From assembly GCA_050273025.1 (NCBI GenBank), contig CP158636.1, positions 12,462,001 through 12,526,000 on the forward strand: a stretch of DNA of 64,000 nt, read 5' to 3'. The translations under genes and the position numbers were made by a program. The notes beneath the pieces were generated by a model. It was not told the origin of the DNA. It was given only the letters and a program-made list of their open reading frames with translations, and ran no database searches. This stretch comes from Cenococcum geophilum. Its lineage: Eukaryota. Position 1 is the stretch's first letter, and every line of letters starts with the position of its first letter. Positions 24,860 to 36,155 of this stretch are shown piece after piece.

Positions 24860-25708
24860 GGTCTCTAGGTCAATACAGCAAAGAGCCATAAGGCTGGTAT
24901 GGCCCCCACTGCCTGGCTCACGAATATCCCAGGACGAAAAAATGGACCAACGACCCAACACAGCTCCTTGAGCCTTTGCAGCCGGGAGCCCTTCAGCCGG
25001 CGAAAATCGCCCATGCAAGGTTGTCGCAAAGCAGTTGCTAGCAACCGGCTTCGAGCCCCACCTTACACATTGGGTAAAGCGTCAGATCCAAATACACGTG
25101 TTTAATAGTGTTAATAGAGAGCCTTTGTAACCTTACGAATTTGCACTGTTACCTGCTGCCTTCCATCAAGGAATGCAGCGGCTTGCAAGGGTGTGGCCGG
25201 AGCGGGTCGCCCGCCCTCCCTGTTTGCGGTAGCGACCTCTAGTGGGAGATCGCTTTCACTACCGTTAGATTATCGCTCATAAGCGTGCTTACGTAGCTCT
25301 ACTCGTCCGTATTTGCACGAGCATCAGTCTGCTGCTTTAAACTTTTAAAAAAAAAAGGATTTTCTGGGTCTGCCAGCTCTATTCACCAAATAATCTCTTT
25401 CAAGCTACGCTGAGGGCCCTTACAGCATCCGGGGCCCTGTTCGTGGAGCCATGCCAAGAAACCAGAAACTCAACCATGGGCTATCGCACCAGCATGCATT
25501 GCCTTGGAGGCGGCGCAACCTTGGTGGCCTTTAGCTTGTCCATCCGCCAGAGCTGCCACGCAGCTGCCCAGGTGGAGCTGAAGTATTATCGTAGAATCAT
25601 CCACCTCTAGATTTTTGTTACTCTGCTTGTGCGCACAGTATACTCTTCTTCCCGCCGAGAGGCTGTGAGCTTTGTTCCACCACAGAGCCCTTGTGTGCCA
25701 CGGTGACG

Positions 25709-28700
25709 ATGGTGCGGTGGTCCTGGCGTTCGCGGAAGCAGCCCGCCAGCAACGGCGAACCTTCATCTGCGAGAGTCTGTACGACACAGCTGTCACCACC
25801 ACAACCGGCGTCATCTAGAAAGACCTTTCCTTCTGGAATCAAGCTGCTCCACGATGGCAATGACAGTGCAGTCGAGTAAGTTTTCCCGTCGGCCGCTCCT
25901 TGTTCCTTGTCGCGCGCCTGTTGGCTCATGCGGTGGACATTCACGAATTGGTATGCCCTGGCTAACCATTCCTCAACTCAGCACCGTTTTTATACATGGC
26001 CTCACCGGAGACCGTGAGAAGACATGGAAGACAAAGAGCGCTGCCGCCCCGTGGCCGCAGATCTTATTACCGGCCAGAGTTCCCAACGCCCGAATACTTA
26101 CATTTGGATACGACGCCTACGTGACTGACTGGCGAGGCATGGTGTCGAAGAACAGGATTGGGGACCATTCAATGAACCTGCTGACCGCTATTGCAACTCA
26201 CAGAGAGGATGATGGCACTGTAAGCCTCGTACAGCAGTACCACCTAGGAAATCTATCTCACCACAGCAGAACGACCGCCCCATTATATTTGTCTGCCATA
26301 GCTTAGGAGGTCTTGTCTGTGAGGATGTGAGTTATCCAGCTTACCTATTAATCTCAGTGCGGGCTGTGACGGGTACAGGCTCTGTCAACGGCACAGCAAC
26401 GACCAGAAAGACATCTAAAGAAAGTCCTCCACTGCACTCGCGGGATGGTATTCCTTGGCACTCCGCACCATGGCGCTGGTCTTGTATACTGGGCGGAAAG
26501 TCTAGCCAAAGCTATTGGAGTGCTCAAGCAGACGAACCCTGAAATCCTTGCTGTCCTTAAGAATGACTTTGAGGTACTGGAGCGGGTTCAACACGGGTTT
26601 CACACTATGATTCGGTCACGAGGTTAGGACGGGCTTCCACCAATTGAGATCATTTGTTTCTTTGAGGAATTGCCCTTACCTGGGGTTGGTACTGTAAGTT
26701 GAGTAGTGTTGCAGCCGTTATCGGTAAATTCATTCTCTGTTAGGTTGTTCCGGATCACTCCGCTAAATTGCCTGGTTACGTTCCGATAGGAATCCGTAGC
26801 AATTATATAGACATGACAAAGTTCGAGAAGGCAGGCGAACCTGGATTCGTCGCTGTTGCCGGCGAGCTTGGTCGATGGTGCAGAGAACTGTCTTTATCTA
26901 ACACTGGTGAAGGTCCCGTTACGGGGATCGCCCAGTAAGGGCAGCTAGTCCGCTAAGAAGTTCCACAGTGTACGTGGCAAAGATTCGCAGTAGTAACCTT
27001 CTCTGATTATAGAATAGTTGTCGTTCCGTATGCTAGCAATACCGACTTCGTCAGTCGTTCTAGTATTATGGAAAGGCTGAAAGAAATGCTTAGTCCTAAT
27101 CATGGCCTCAAAAAGACGACCAATTACGTGCGAGTTGCGCTGCACGGGTTGGGTGGCATAGGGTATGTAATAGCTGATAATGAATGTATAGTTGTTTACT
27201 AGACCCAGGAAAACCCAAATTGCGATTAATTACGCATACTGGGCGCGTAAAGCGTTCCTGGAGATGTCTATTTTCTGGGTGCATGCCAGTAACCTGGAGC
27301 GATTTTCCCAGAGTATTCTAAGGATCGCGCAAGAATGCAAGATCCCGGGGTATGACGATCCCAAGGCTGATAAGAGCGCCTTGGTTAAGAACTGGTTACA
27401 GGGAAACAATTGTCATTTGTGGTTGCTTATTCTTGATAACGCTGACGACTATGAAATGTTCTCTAGTCTGCCAAAAGCTAAGGCTAATAGACCGTATAGC
27501 ACTCCGTTAGGCGCAGACGGCCAACTAGGAGGTTATATCCCAGAGTGCTCTTATGGATCTATTCTGGTAATAATAAGGAACAAGCAAGCCGCGGTTAAGC
27601 TCACTCGAAACCGTGGCTTGATTGAAGTTGAAAAGATGACGCCGACGGAAGCTAGCCAACTAGTTATGAAAAAATTAGAAGACGATGGCCTTGATCGTAG
27701 TTAGGTAGCGCGCCTCACTAGCCGTCTAGAAAACCTGCCGCTAGCTCTCGCCTAAGCCGCTGCCTTTATCCGAGAGAACACTATGTCTGTGGAGGAATAC
27801 CTACAGCAGTTGGATAGGGGCGATGACCATCTCACAGAGCTCCTAAGTCAGCCGTTCGAGGAAGTTGGCCGGGACTCCGAGATACCGAATGCGGTGATAG
27901 CGACTTGGATCCTCTTGTTCGATTAGATACGGAAGCAGTGCTCCCTGGCAAGCGATATGCTATCGCTTATGAGCTACTTTGACCGACAACGGATCCCTAA
28001 GACATTTCTTCAGCCTCGAAGGGACCTAGGGGGTAATGATTCTAATGACTGGCAGCAAAGCAAAGCAAGCGCTGATATAGAGCAAGAGAAGGCTGTTGGG
28101 GTGCTAAAAGCATTTTCCTTTATTACCGCTGGCACAGAAGACAAGGCTCTTAATATGCATCGTCTGGTACAGCTGGCGACGCGGAAGTGGTTGATTGCGG
28201 AGAAAATGGCGAAGGTGTGGGCGGAGGAGGCGTTACTAATTCTATCGGATCTCTATCTATACGGAAGTCACGAGAACAGGGGAGTCTGCGATGAATATCT
28301 TCCGCATGCATACGCTATGTTAGGTTGTAGGTTACCGCTTTTGGCGAACACTGCAGTTGCAAGGGCTTCTCTTCTTTACTGTATATCGGGCTTAATGTTA
28401 GGACAAGGACAGTGGAAGAAAGCGGAGGAGTTGCTTATTGAAGCAGCGGACTTGCGGAAGGAAGGGCTTGGCGCAGAGCATCCCTCCACGCTGACCAGCA
28501 TGGCTAACCTGGCGTCGACGTATAGGAATTAAGGGCGGTGGAAGGAGGCTGAAGAGCTGGGCGTGTAAGTGAAGGAGACGAGAAAGAGGGTGCTTGGGGC
28601 CGAGCATCCCTCCACGCTGACCAGCATGGCCAACCTGGCGTCGACGTACAGCAATCAAGGGCGGTGGAAGGAGGCCGAAGAGCTGAAAGTGCAAGTAAAA

Positions 28701-29285
28701 GAGACGAGAAACAGGGTGCTTGGGGCCGAGCATCCCTCCACGCTGACCAGCATGGCCAACCTGGCGTCGACGTTTTGGAATCAAGGGCGGTGGAAGGAGG
28801 CTGAAGAGCTGGGGGTGCAAGTGAAGGAGACGAGTTTGAGGGTGCTTGGGGCCGAGCATCCAGACACGCTAACTAGCATGGCCAACCTGGCGTCGACGTT
28901 TTGGAATCAAGGGCGGTGGAAGGAAGCCGAAGAGCTGGAGGTGCAAGTAAAGGAGACGAGTTTAAGGGTGCTTGGGGCCGAGCATCCCTCCACGCTAACC
29001 AGCATGGTTAACCTGGCGTCGACGTACAGGGATCAGGGGCGGTGGAAGGAGGCCGAAGAGCTGGAGGTGCAAGTAATAGAGACGAGAAATAGGGTGCTTG
29101 GGCCCGAGCATCCCTCTACGCTTACTAGTATGAACAACCTCGCATTTACGCTCAGGGGCCAAGGCCGTAACCATGAGGCTATTTCACTAATGGAGAAATG
29201 CGTCCACATGCAGAAACGGATCCTTGGCCCTTACCATCCTAATACAGTGTCTTCGATTGAAGCTCTAAATAACTGGAGAACATAG
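25709..29285 (+). pseudogene. Fungal NLR: SesB-like alpha/beta-hydrolase - NB-ARC - TPR, inactivated by RIP-type stops
   Basis: VFIHGLTG, ILTFGYDA, VCHSLGG, VFLGTPH; Walker A LHGLGGIG|KT split by intron ~27162-27208; WLLILDNADD; LPLAL; MHRLVQ; 42-aa TPRs; stops at ~26625, 27702, 27753, 28530, 28566. Confidence 0.9.
28410..29170 (+). repeat. Six highly similar 126-bp TPR-coding tandem repeats
   Basis: GAEHPSTLTSMANLAST..NQGRWKEAEEL.VQVKET..RVL units. Confidence 0.95.
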
Positions 29286-29369
29286 AGATAGGACTTTAAT
29301 GCTACTTTATTTTATAGAATATAACGCTAGTACAAATATAGAACGGCTGAGCTAGGTAAGCACGTTTAT

Positions 29370-30800
29370 CCCTTGCAACCGTAGGTCCACAAAGAAGGTG
29401 GCCCGTAAGGTATGGGCGACCCTGGGGCAACCCAGGGGTGACTCGCCCGTGAGGTACGTGCTCTGCACGTGCCTAGGGAAAACCCTTCCTACCTCGCATA
29501 TAGACTCCTCCTTTTCCCTTAAGGATTCGTCTCTGTCTATATAATATACCCATTGTTCTATTATTGGACTCCCTATCTATATCCTTACCTTATATAATTC
29601 TAGTTTAGCGACTTAGTAATATATAACATTATTAGAATTTAAGCCTTAAAGTTAGATTATAGAACTTACTATTATTAACAGTACTTATAAAAAGCACTAT
29701 ATTAGCGTCCTTCTAAGCAAATTCTATTACCTGCCCGTTTTTAGAGACCTCTATATATAATTTTCCCTATAATATTTAAGCCGAATAGGTTAATTTAAGC
29801 TCTACAAGCGTCTAGCTAATTTGCTTGGCAGGCACCTTCTTCTTCTCTCCTTTTATAGCTACCTTAATGTCGCCTTTAAGGTCCCCCTATTCCTTATATT
29901 ATGTTTTAGTTATTTAAACAGTTCCTACGGCTCCAATACCAAGGCCTTATAGTTTAGTAAGAAGCTTAATACTTATAAATAGGTTATCAAGCCATATAAC
30001 GTGCTTATTAGGTAGGTAGAGGCGTTTATTTATTTCAGCGTCGTTTTAGAGGAGTAAATTAAGGACTACCACCTGCGTCTTTAAAAAGCCTTCCTTTATA
30101 AAAGATTAATCCAAATCAACCGGGCCCTTTATATTGCCTTTAGCGTGCCATATAAAGTCTAATATATAGCCCTTATTCGCTAAAACCTATATTTTAAAGC
30201 CTTCTAGTATAGGTTTAGATAGAATATTAACTATTTTAGGTATACGACCTATAAAGCGCTAGATTGTTTTATTAACGGTAAGGTAGGTTCCAGGTATATA
30301 GAGCTTCCTATAGGTAAGCCGAATATACTCAGCAAGCTTATTAATTCGGGTAAATATAGTCTTAGGTGTTATATCAGACTTTAGCCATAGTGGTAAGGCT
30401 CGGAAGTAGCAATTAAGCTACTAAAATTAAACAACTCTAATATATTGTTTGACAATATGCTCAGTACCATATATATTTAAATCCTTCCAGTAGTTCTCAA
30501 TGCTTAATTCTATAGTGATGCCTATATAAACAAGCACCTCAAGGTACGCGTAGAGTTCCTACTTACATATTAGCTGCCATGCGCGTACATACTCCTCATC
30601 CGGTGGATAGAGCTCTATATACTTATTTATCCACTCTACAAGCTTATCCATAAGCTTATCCATAAAAAAGAGACTAAATAACTTAAAAGAATTGTGTATA
30701 TCAGTGCCGAAAGGAACATTCAGTAAGCCGTGGTCGTGCCAGTCATTGATAAGGAGAGGTTCGAAATTGGGCAACGGCCAGGGCTTAGGGGGAGGTATTT
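29370..30800 (-). mobile_element. piggyBac-like transposase relic (DDE_Tnp_1_7), RIP-decayed, 5' truncated
   Basis: FSLFF...L.DKLVEW.N, ELYAYL, PGT.L.V(D)(E)TI.RF.GR, SKP..EGFKI(W)VLA..GY.LDF.WH; terminus TTAT|CCCTT at 29366-29374 resembles TTAA|CCC. Confidence 0.8.
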
Positions 30801-31409
30801 TCTCTAAACATTACAAAGCATCATGGGAATAAATTGCTTCGTAATTCGTCATAACGAAGTGCGTTAGACATAGTATTTAATTCTGGCTCTGGTACTTGCC
30901 CTGATAAGGAGCGGAACGATCCGTATACACCACATTCTTGAGTAGTTAGACAAACCATGCGTATCGATTAATCTCACTTTGACAGGCATCACTAACACAA
31001 ACACACGAAAACGTCACGTCATCATAACGGATTTGACATTTTCCCTAGAAGGATGCACCCGTCCCTGTTATTGCACATAAGCCCAGATCCAGCATCCGCA
31101 GCCAAAAAAAGAAGAAAAAGGACAATTAAGTCCCGCCCAAAAAAAAAACCAGAAAAAGAAAAGGCACACATAGATAGCTTATAGGGAAAGACGAGTCAAA
31201 ATAACAATAATAGAACTTCGTCCAACTCCGCCGACATGCCCGCCCATGCCCTGATATAAAGTTTAAATTACCTTAGCAAATTCCAGAAAAGACTCGCACG
31301 AAAAAAACCCTCGTCCACTTTGTCCTTTGAAGCGGTGCTAGACGCTCTGAGATGAATTTTTGAGATCCTGAAGGACTTGTTATGGTGATGCCTTTGTGTA
31401 AAGCCTGCA

Positions 31410-34276
31410 TCATGCGGATTCTCCAAAAAATCGGCTTGCATCAATGATATCCCGGTCTCCGTTAGCAAAATCCCATCCCACGATTGTCGGATCTTGGCTA
31501 CAGCAAATGATCCGCCTTGCGTCGAATTGGAGCTTGAAGACACGTGAATTGGTTCCTTGGGTAGCGAGGGGTGTGAGCGGATGATGGTGGTGGTGCGGAG
31601 GGTGGTGATGATGGTGTGGTGCAGCTGGCGGGGCGGCTGCGGGTGCAGGGCCTGGCTGAGGCTGTTGTGGCGGGGGTACTTGTGCTTGTGATTGTGGTGC
31701 TTGTGGAGTCGGTGTGGTGTTCGCGACGTTGGCGGTTACGGTGGTGGTGTTTATCGCTTGCTGAGCAGCCTGCGATGCTACGTGGAGAGCTTGGGCTTGC
31801 TGGGCAAGCGATTGAGCTTGCTGTGCTTGGGCCTGTGCCTGTTGAGCGAGAGCTTGAAAATTGGGTGCAGCAGCGGCAGCATTGCCCGGTGGAGGAGTTG
31901 GGGTTGCGGAGTTAGTGGCACTAGCAACCGCTGCTGGAACTAGTTGCTGGTGTTGATTTTGGTTGATAGCGTTAAGGTGGTTAGCATGCGCGTGTGCTTG
32001 AGCGACAGGCCTTCGAGGCCGGCCACCTGCTGCCTTAACAGCTTCATTTTGGAACAGAGTCTTTGAGGGTACCCAACGGCCGCTGGCTTCCTTTTTCCAG
32101 ATGATGACCGTCTCGTCATAGGAGCCGGAAACTATCCTCCCCCAACGACTGCCACCACCTCCAGGGGGAAGCTTGGCGCCGTAAGCAAATATGTCTTTTG
32201 GGTCACGGGAGCCGGCGTTCCGAGCACGACGCTGCTCCCTAGTGAGTTCAGTAGAGATGATGCCTTTTTCGCGAGCTTCAAAGAACTTGCGATCGATGGC
32301 TCGAGCTTCGGCTTCTAGCTCTTCCTCATGCCCGGGCAGGTCGCCGAATTGCGCTTGCACTGTTCGCACTAGGTTGGTATGGCCTTGTAAGCAAGCCACT
32401 TCCGCGCCCGTCGCACGGTCGAAGATACGCACGGTCTCGTCGCTGCTACCACTTACGATTCGGCGACCGTCAAATTGCACACACGCAATGCCCTTGGTGT
32501 GACCTGAGAAGGTTCTGAGACATGCCCCGGTGTGCACGTCCCACACCTTGACGCTGCGATCGCCTGATGCCGATACAATCTGTCCGTCGAGGATCTGGAT
32601 GGCGTTGACAGCTGCACCATGGCCATCGAGAGTCATTATTAGACTATATTCCTTCAGCGGCCTGAAATTAAGATGCTGGCCCTCCGCCAGGTGCTGCATA
32701 TCGATGATGTGCTGAGGGAATCTAGCACCCGATGTTATTGAAGTCGGATAAGCTTCGTCCGTAGGCCATATCTCTCGGCGGTTCCACACTTTGATCGTCT
32801 TGTCCTTGGAGCAGGTGACGAGGTATTTGTCGTCAAATCTGAGGTTCAAAACAGATTCCGAATGAGCTTTCTCGAGTTTCCTCAATAGTTGGCCCGTGGA
32901 GAATTTCCAAAGGAGAATATGGCAATCGCTGCCACCACTTATTACAATATCTTGCTCAGGCCTCTCGTCGAACTGTAAGCAGAGAACAGAGGCAGCGTGT
33001 CCGGCTAGAGGTGGAAGTACTAAGCGTTGCGTATCAAGATTCCAGATCCGCACAGTTTTGTCGCGACTACCGCTGACCAGGTATTTGCCAGAGTACTGAA
33101 TGGTATACACACATTCAGTGTGGGCTTCCTCTTGATAGTTAGGGTGTGGTAACTGAAAGTTTATGAAGCGACCAGCATTCCAGTTGTCTTCTAATCGCCT
33201 TTTCTGCTTGTAGAGGTATTGCCAATTGAGCTTGGGGTCACCTGGAGAGGGGAGCAAGAGTGATGGCTGGATTGGCGGATCCATAGGAGGCGGTGAATTT
33301 GGCGATCCTATTGCATCCTCAATAGCATTATTGTCGAAAAGCCTATTGTTTCGTTTGAATCGTTCCAGAGTCTGTGTTGATGCCGAGATTTGAGTTGCTT
33401 CCGGTGGACTATGAAAAGCGATACCCTGCATCCTGTCTTCAGAGCCACCAGATGGACTATCATCAGCTTCCACCACACCATGTTGCTCTGCCCACGCCTG
33501 AGGACCCTCTTGTGAGCCATCAAGCGTTAAGGGCATCAGTCGATCGTGAATCCCACTCTCCCCGATGCCGCCATCTCCGAATAACGGCCTCTCTCTTATT
33601 CGTTTCTTATTTGACTGCTGTTCATCCATATCTTCCGCAGCTCGTGCTCGAGTCTTCCTTTCCTTCACTTCAGCTTTGCGAGCTCTCTCAGTTTCCTCAT
33701 ATACTCGAACCCGGCGGGGGTTTGATGTCCAGCCTTCTAATCCGAACAAAAGTTTCCATAACGGACTATCAAGTGTCCGATATCTCCACATTTTCGAAAG
33801 CGTCGAAGCCCGTAATAAGGTTTCGGGTTTCAAGTATGAAAATATCTGAAAGGTTATCTCTGGGGGAAGATATACCACGGGGTCGAGATGTAAGAGGGGG
33901 TTAAGTCTCTCAACTATCGCCGCGATAGATGAAGTACGCAGTGACCGTAAAATTGCATATGCGAATTCTAGGCAAGGTTAGTGAAGGCTATTTTTTGACT
34001 GGCGGCACTATAGCATTTGTTCATACCACTCCGATCTCCCTCATTCATGTTCAAGACCCACTCCGGTAAGGGAAACTGGGTATCTTGATCCAAGCCTTCT
34101 CCCAATCTTGAATCAGTTCTCATGATAGTGTCACTCCCGCTCTGACTCCTTGTATCCTCCGAGTACCCCTCATCGAGCTTGAAAGCAGCATTCATAGATG
34201 AAGAAGGTCGAAAAGCCGGGAGATAGGACGCGCCGCCGAAGGGACCTACACCGTTGTTGCCCAAGGGTCCTGCCAT
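31410..34276 (-). CDS. fwd-1: F-box/WD40 protein, beta-TrCP/FWD-1-like SCF substrate adaptor; intron 33968-34026
   Basis: F-box LPPEITFQIFSYL; WD40s (VSGSRDKTVRIWN, VSASGDRSVKVWD, VSGSSDETVRIFD); C-terminal SRVFKLQFDARRIICCSQD. Confidence 0.9.
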
Positions 34277-36155
34277 AGTTTAAGGCAGAAGATATCCACG
34301 GCAACACCGTGCGGGTCTCGCAGATGTACAGACGCAGCACTGTAAAGCGATGGTAGCGACGAGATACGATATGCGACTAAGCGTACAGCGATTTGAGCCT
34401 TGGTTATTACATAGAAGAAATCAAGGCAGCTTTCCTGTGTTGGTCGGGCTGGTGACTTGCAACAAAAACACCAGGTGACGAGTCCACGACCGTAACGAAG
34501 GAAGACCGTAAATTAGGAGTGGGTGAGACTCAGTGGCCGCACTTGACAGACGAAGGCCAGCGGTATGTACAGTGTCGTTGTCGTTTTGTGATGTTAAGTT
34601 GCGCTCAAGCCTGAGGCTGACGGCCTTCCGGATTGCAGTGGTGAGGCGACCAGGGTCTACATAAAATACGTGAAAATTACCAATCGTGTATCAGCCAATG
34701 AGTGACAATGTTGAGAGTATGGTGAAAGAAGCTGATGCATATATTTAGTAGATCTCCATTTAGCACCTGTGCGGCTCAGCCTGGAGTCTAATTGCGTTTT
34801 AGGTTTCTACAGACTTCATTGTTTTTTCACCGTAAACATCCATGGAATACTTCAAGCGTTGCTAGTCATAATCCGTTAGTCTTTACCACAATAGACATTG
34901 AAGAATTACACAGCAGAATATGTACAAAAGTCTTAGTCAATTTCTTACTTAGGTGGAGCTTCCTTAAGGCTCCACTACAAATATATATAGGTTCTATTAA
35001 ATAACCCGAAAAACTTTGTCAGAGGATAATTAATAGAAAGAGTAGGAAAGCTGGCTTCTGATGATTAGATAGCCCGCGCTTAGTGCCTAATTAGTTAAAT
35101 CCACTCGGACATTTTCAAAACCATCATTACTATTTGTTTATCCCATGCGCCACCGACAAAGGTGTATATACCAGGGGCTATTCATCGAGTCCTTCTCATG
35201 TAACATGGATTCTAGATAGGCACCTAAAGTACTTCTAAACTAATAAAGATATTATTAGGTGATTAAGCCATCAATGAGAGCACAATTGGGATGCTGAAAA
35301 CATATATGAATGCCTTAGTGGCGTATGGGATACACATGGACACAAGACGTACTCTCCAACTGAAGAAGGAACTAAAGATTGACTGTTAAAGGGATGCACA
35401 GGGTGAAATGACTAACAGCCTTCAATGGCGACTAAAATATACTAACAGACGAATAAAGTGTGGGTCTATTAACTAATTGTTATGCTACTTTTAACGTTTC
35501 TGCCTAAGAGAACGATCGTTGAGGATCAGGATATTTCCCGAACTATTTCCCTCGGGAGGGCCCTGGTGAAATTGCAGTGAGGACGACGTATGCGTCCTTT
35601 TCTCGCGATGGTTACACGTAAAAAATTACATGAATAACGGAAGATCATTATAGAACACGCATCTACGTGTGATGAGAGTTCTGGCTGTAATGGTGATCTG
35701 GACTGCTTAACACTTTCAAGAAGGCAGTGTAATTCAACTTTTAGCTCGACCAGGCGACAGCACGCTGTACGTTACACGCTACACGTTATTTTTCATGCGG
35801 CTAAAACGGGGCGTGAATCACTAGCCCGTTGGGGAATCGAAGCCCCTAAACCCTTTCCACGAAGGCTTGGCGTCGAGCAGCGCCCCCATGAGCCTGGCGT
35901 CGAGCAGCGCTTCCCGGATGTGAAACGACCTGCGGTACCACCCCTTATCGTGCGTCCTCCACACTGCTCTCCAAGCACCTCTTCGCCTTCGCATCGACAT
36001 CACTCTGCAACCTTTGATCTTGTCGCTGCTCAGTTCCGTATCGCAGTTTCCTCGAACTGTCCGCGCTTCGCCCGCACGCCGGACCCTGACACGGTGTCAA
36101 AGCGCTTTGGCGCCACCTCGACCCTTAGTCTTGTGAGGGATTATGAATCACTAGG

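Noticed and set aside
25400..27000. Amyloid signalling motif or adjacent HeLo/gasdermin effector near the NLRs
   Set aside because: Both NLRs have in-cis enzymatic N-termini; no N/Q/G pseudo-repeat motif or effector gene recognised
34700..35520. AT-richer stretch between fwd-1 and CDC24, possibly a decayed insertion
   Set aside because: No recognisable motif, TIR or TSD
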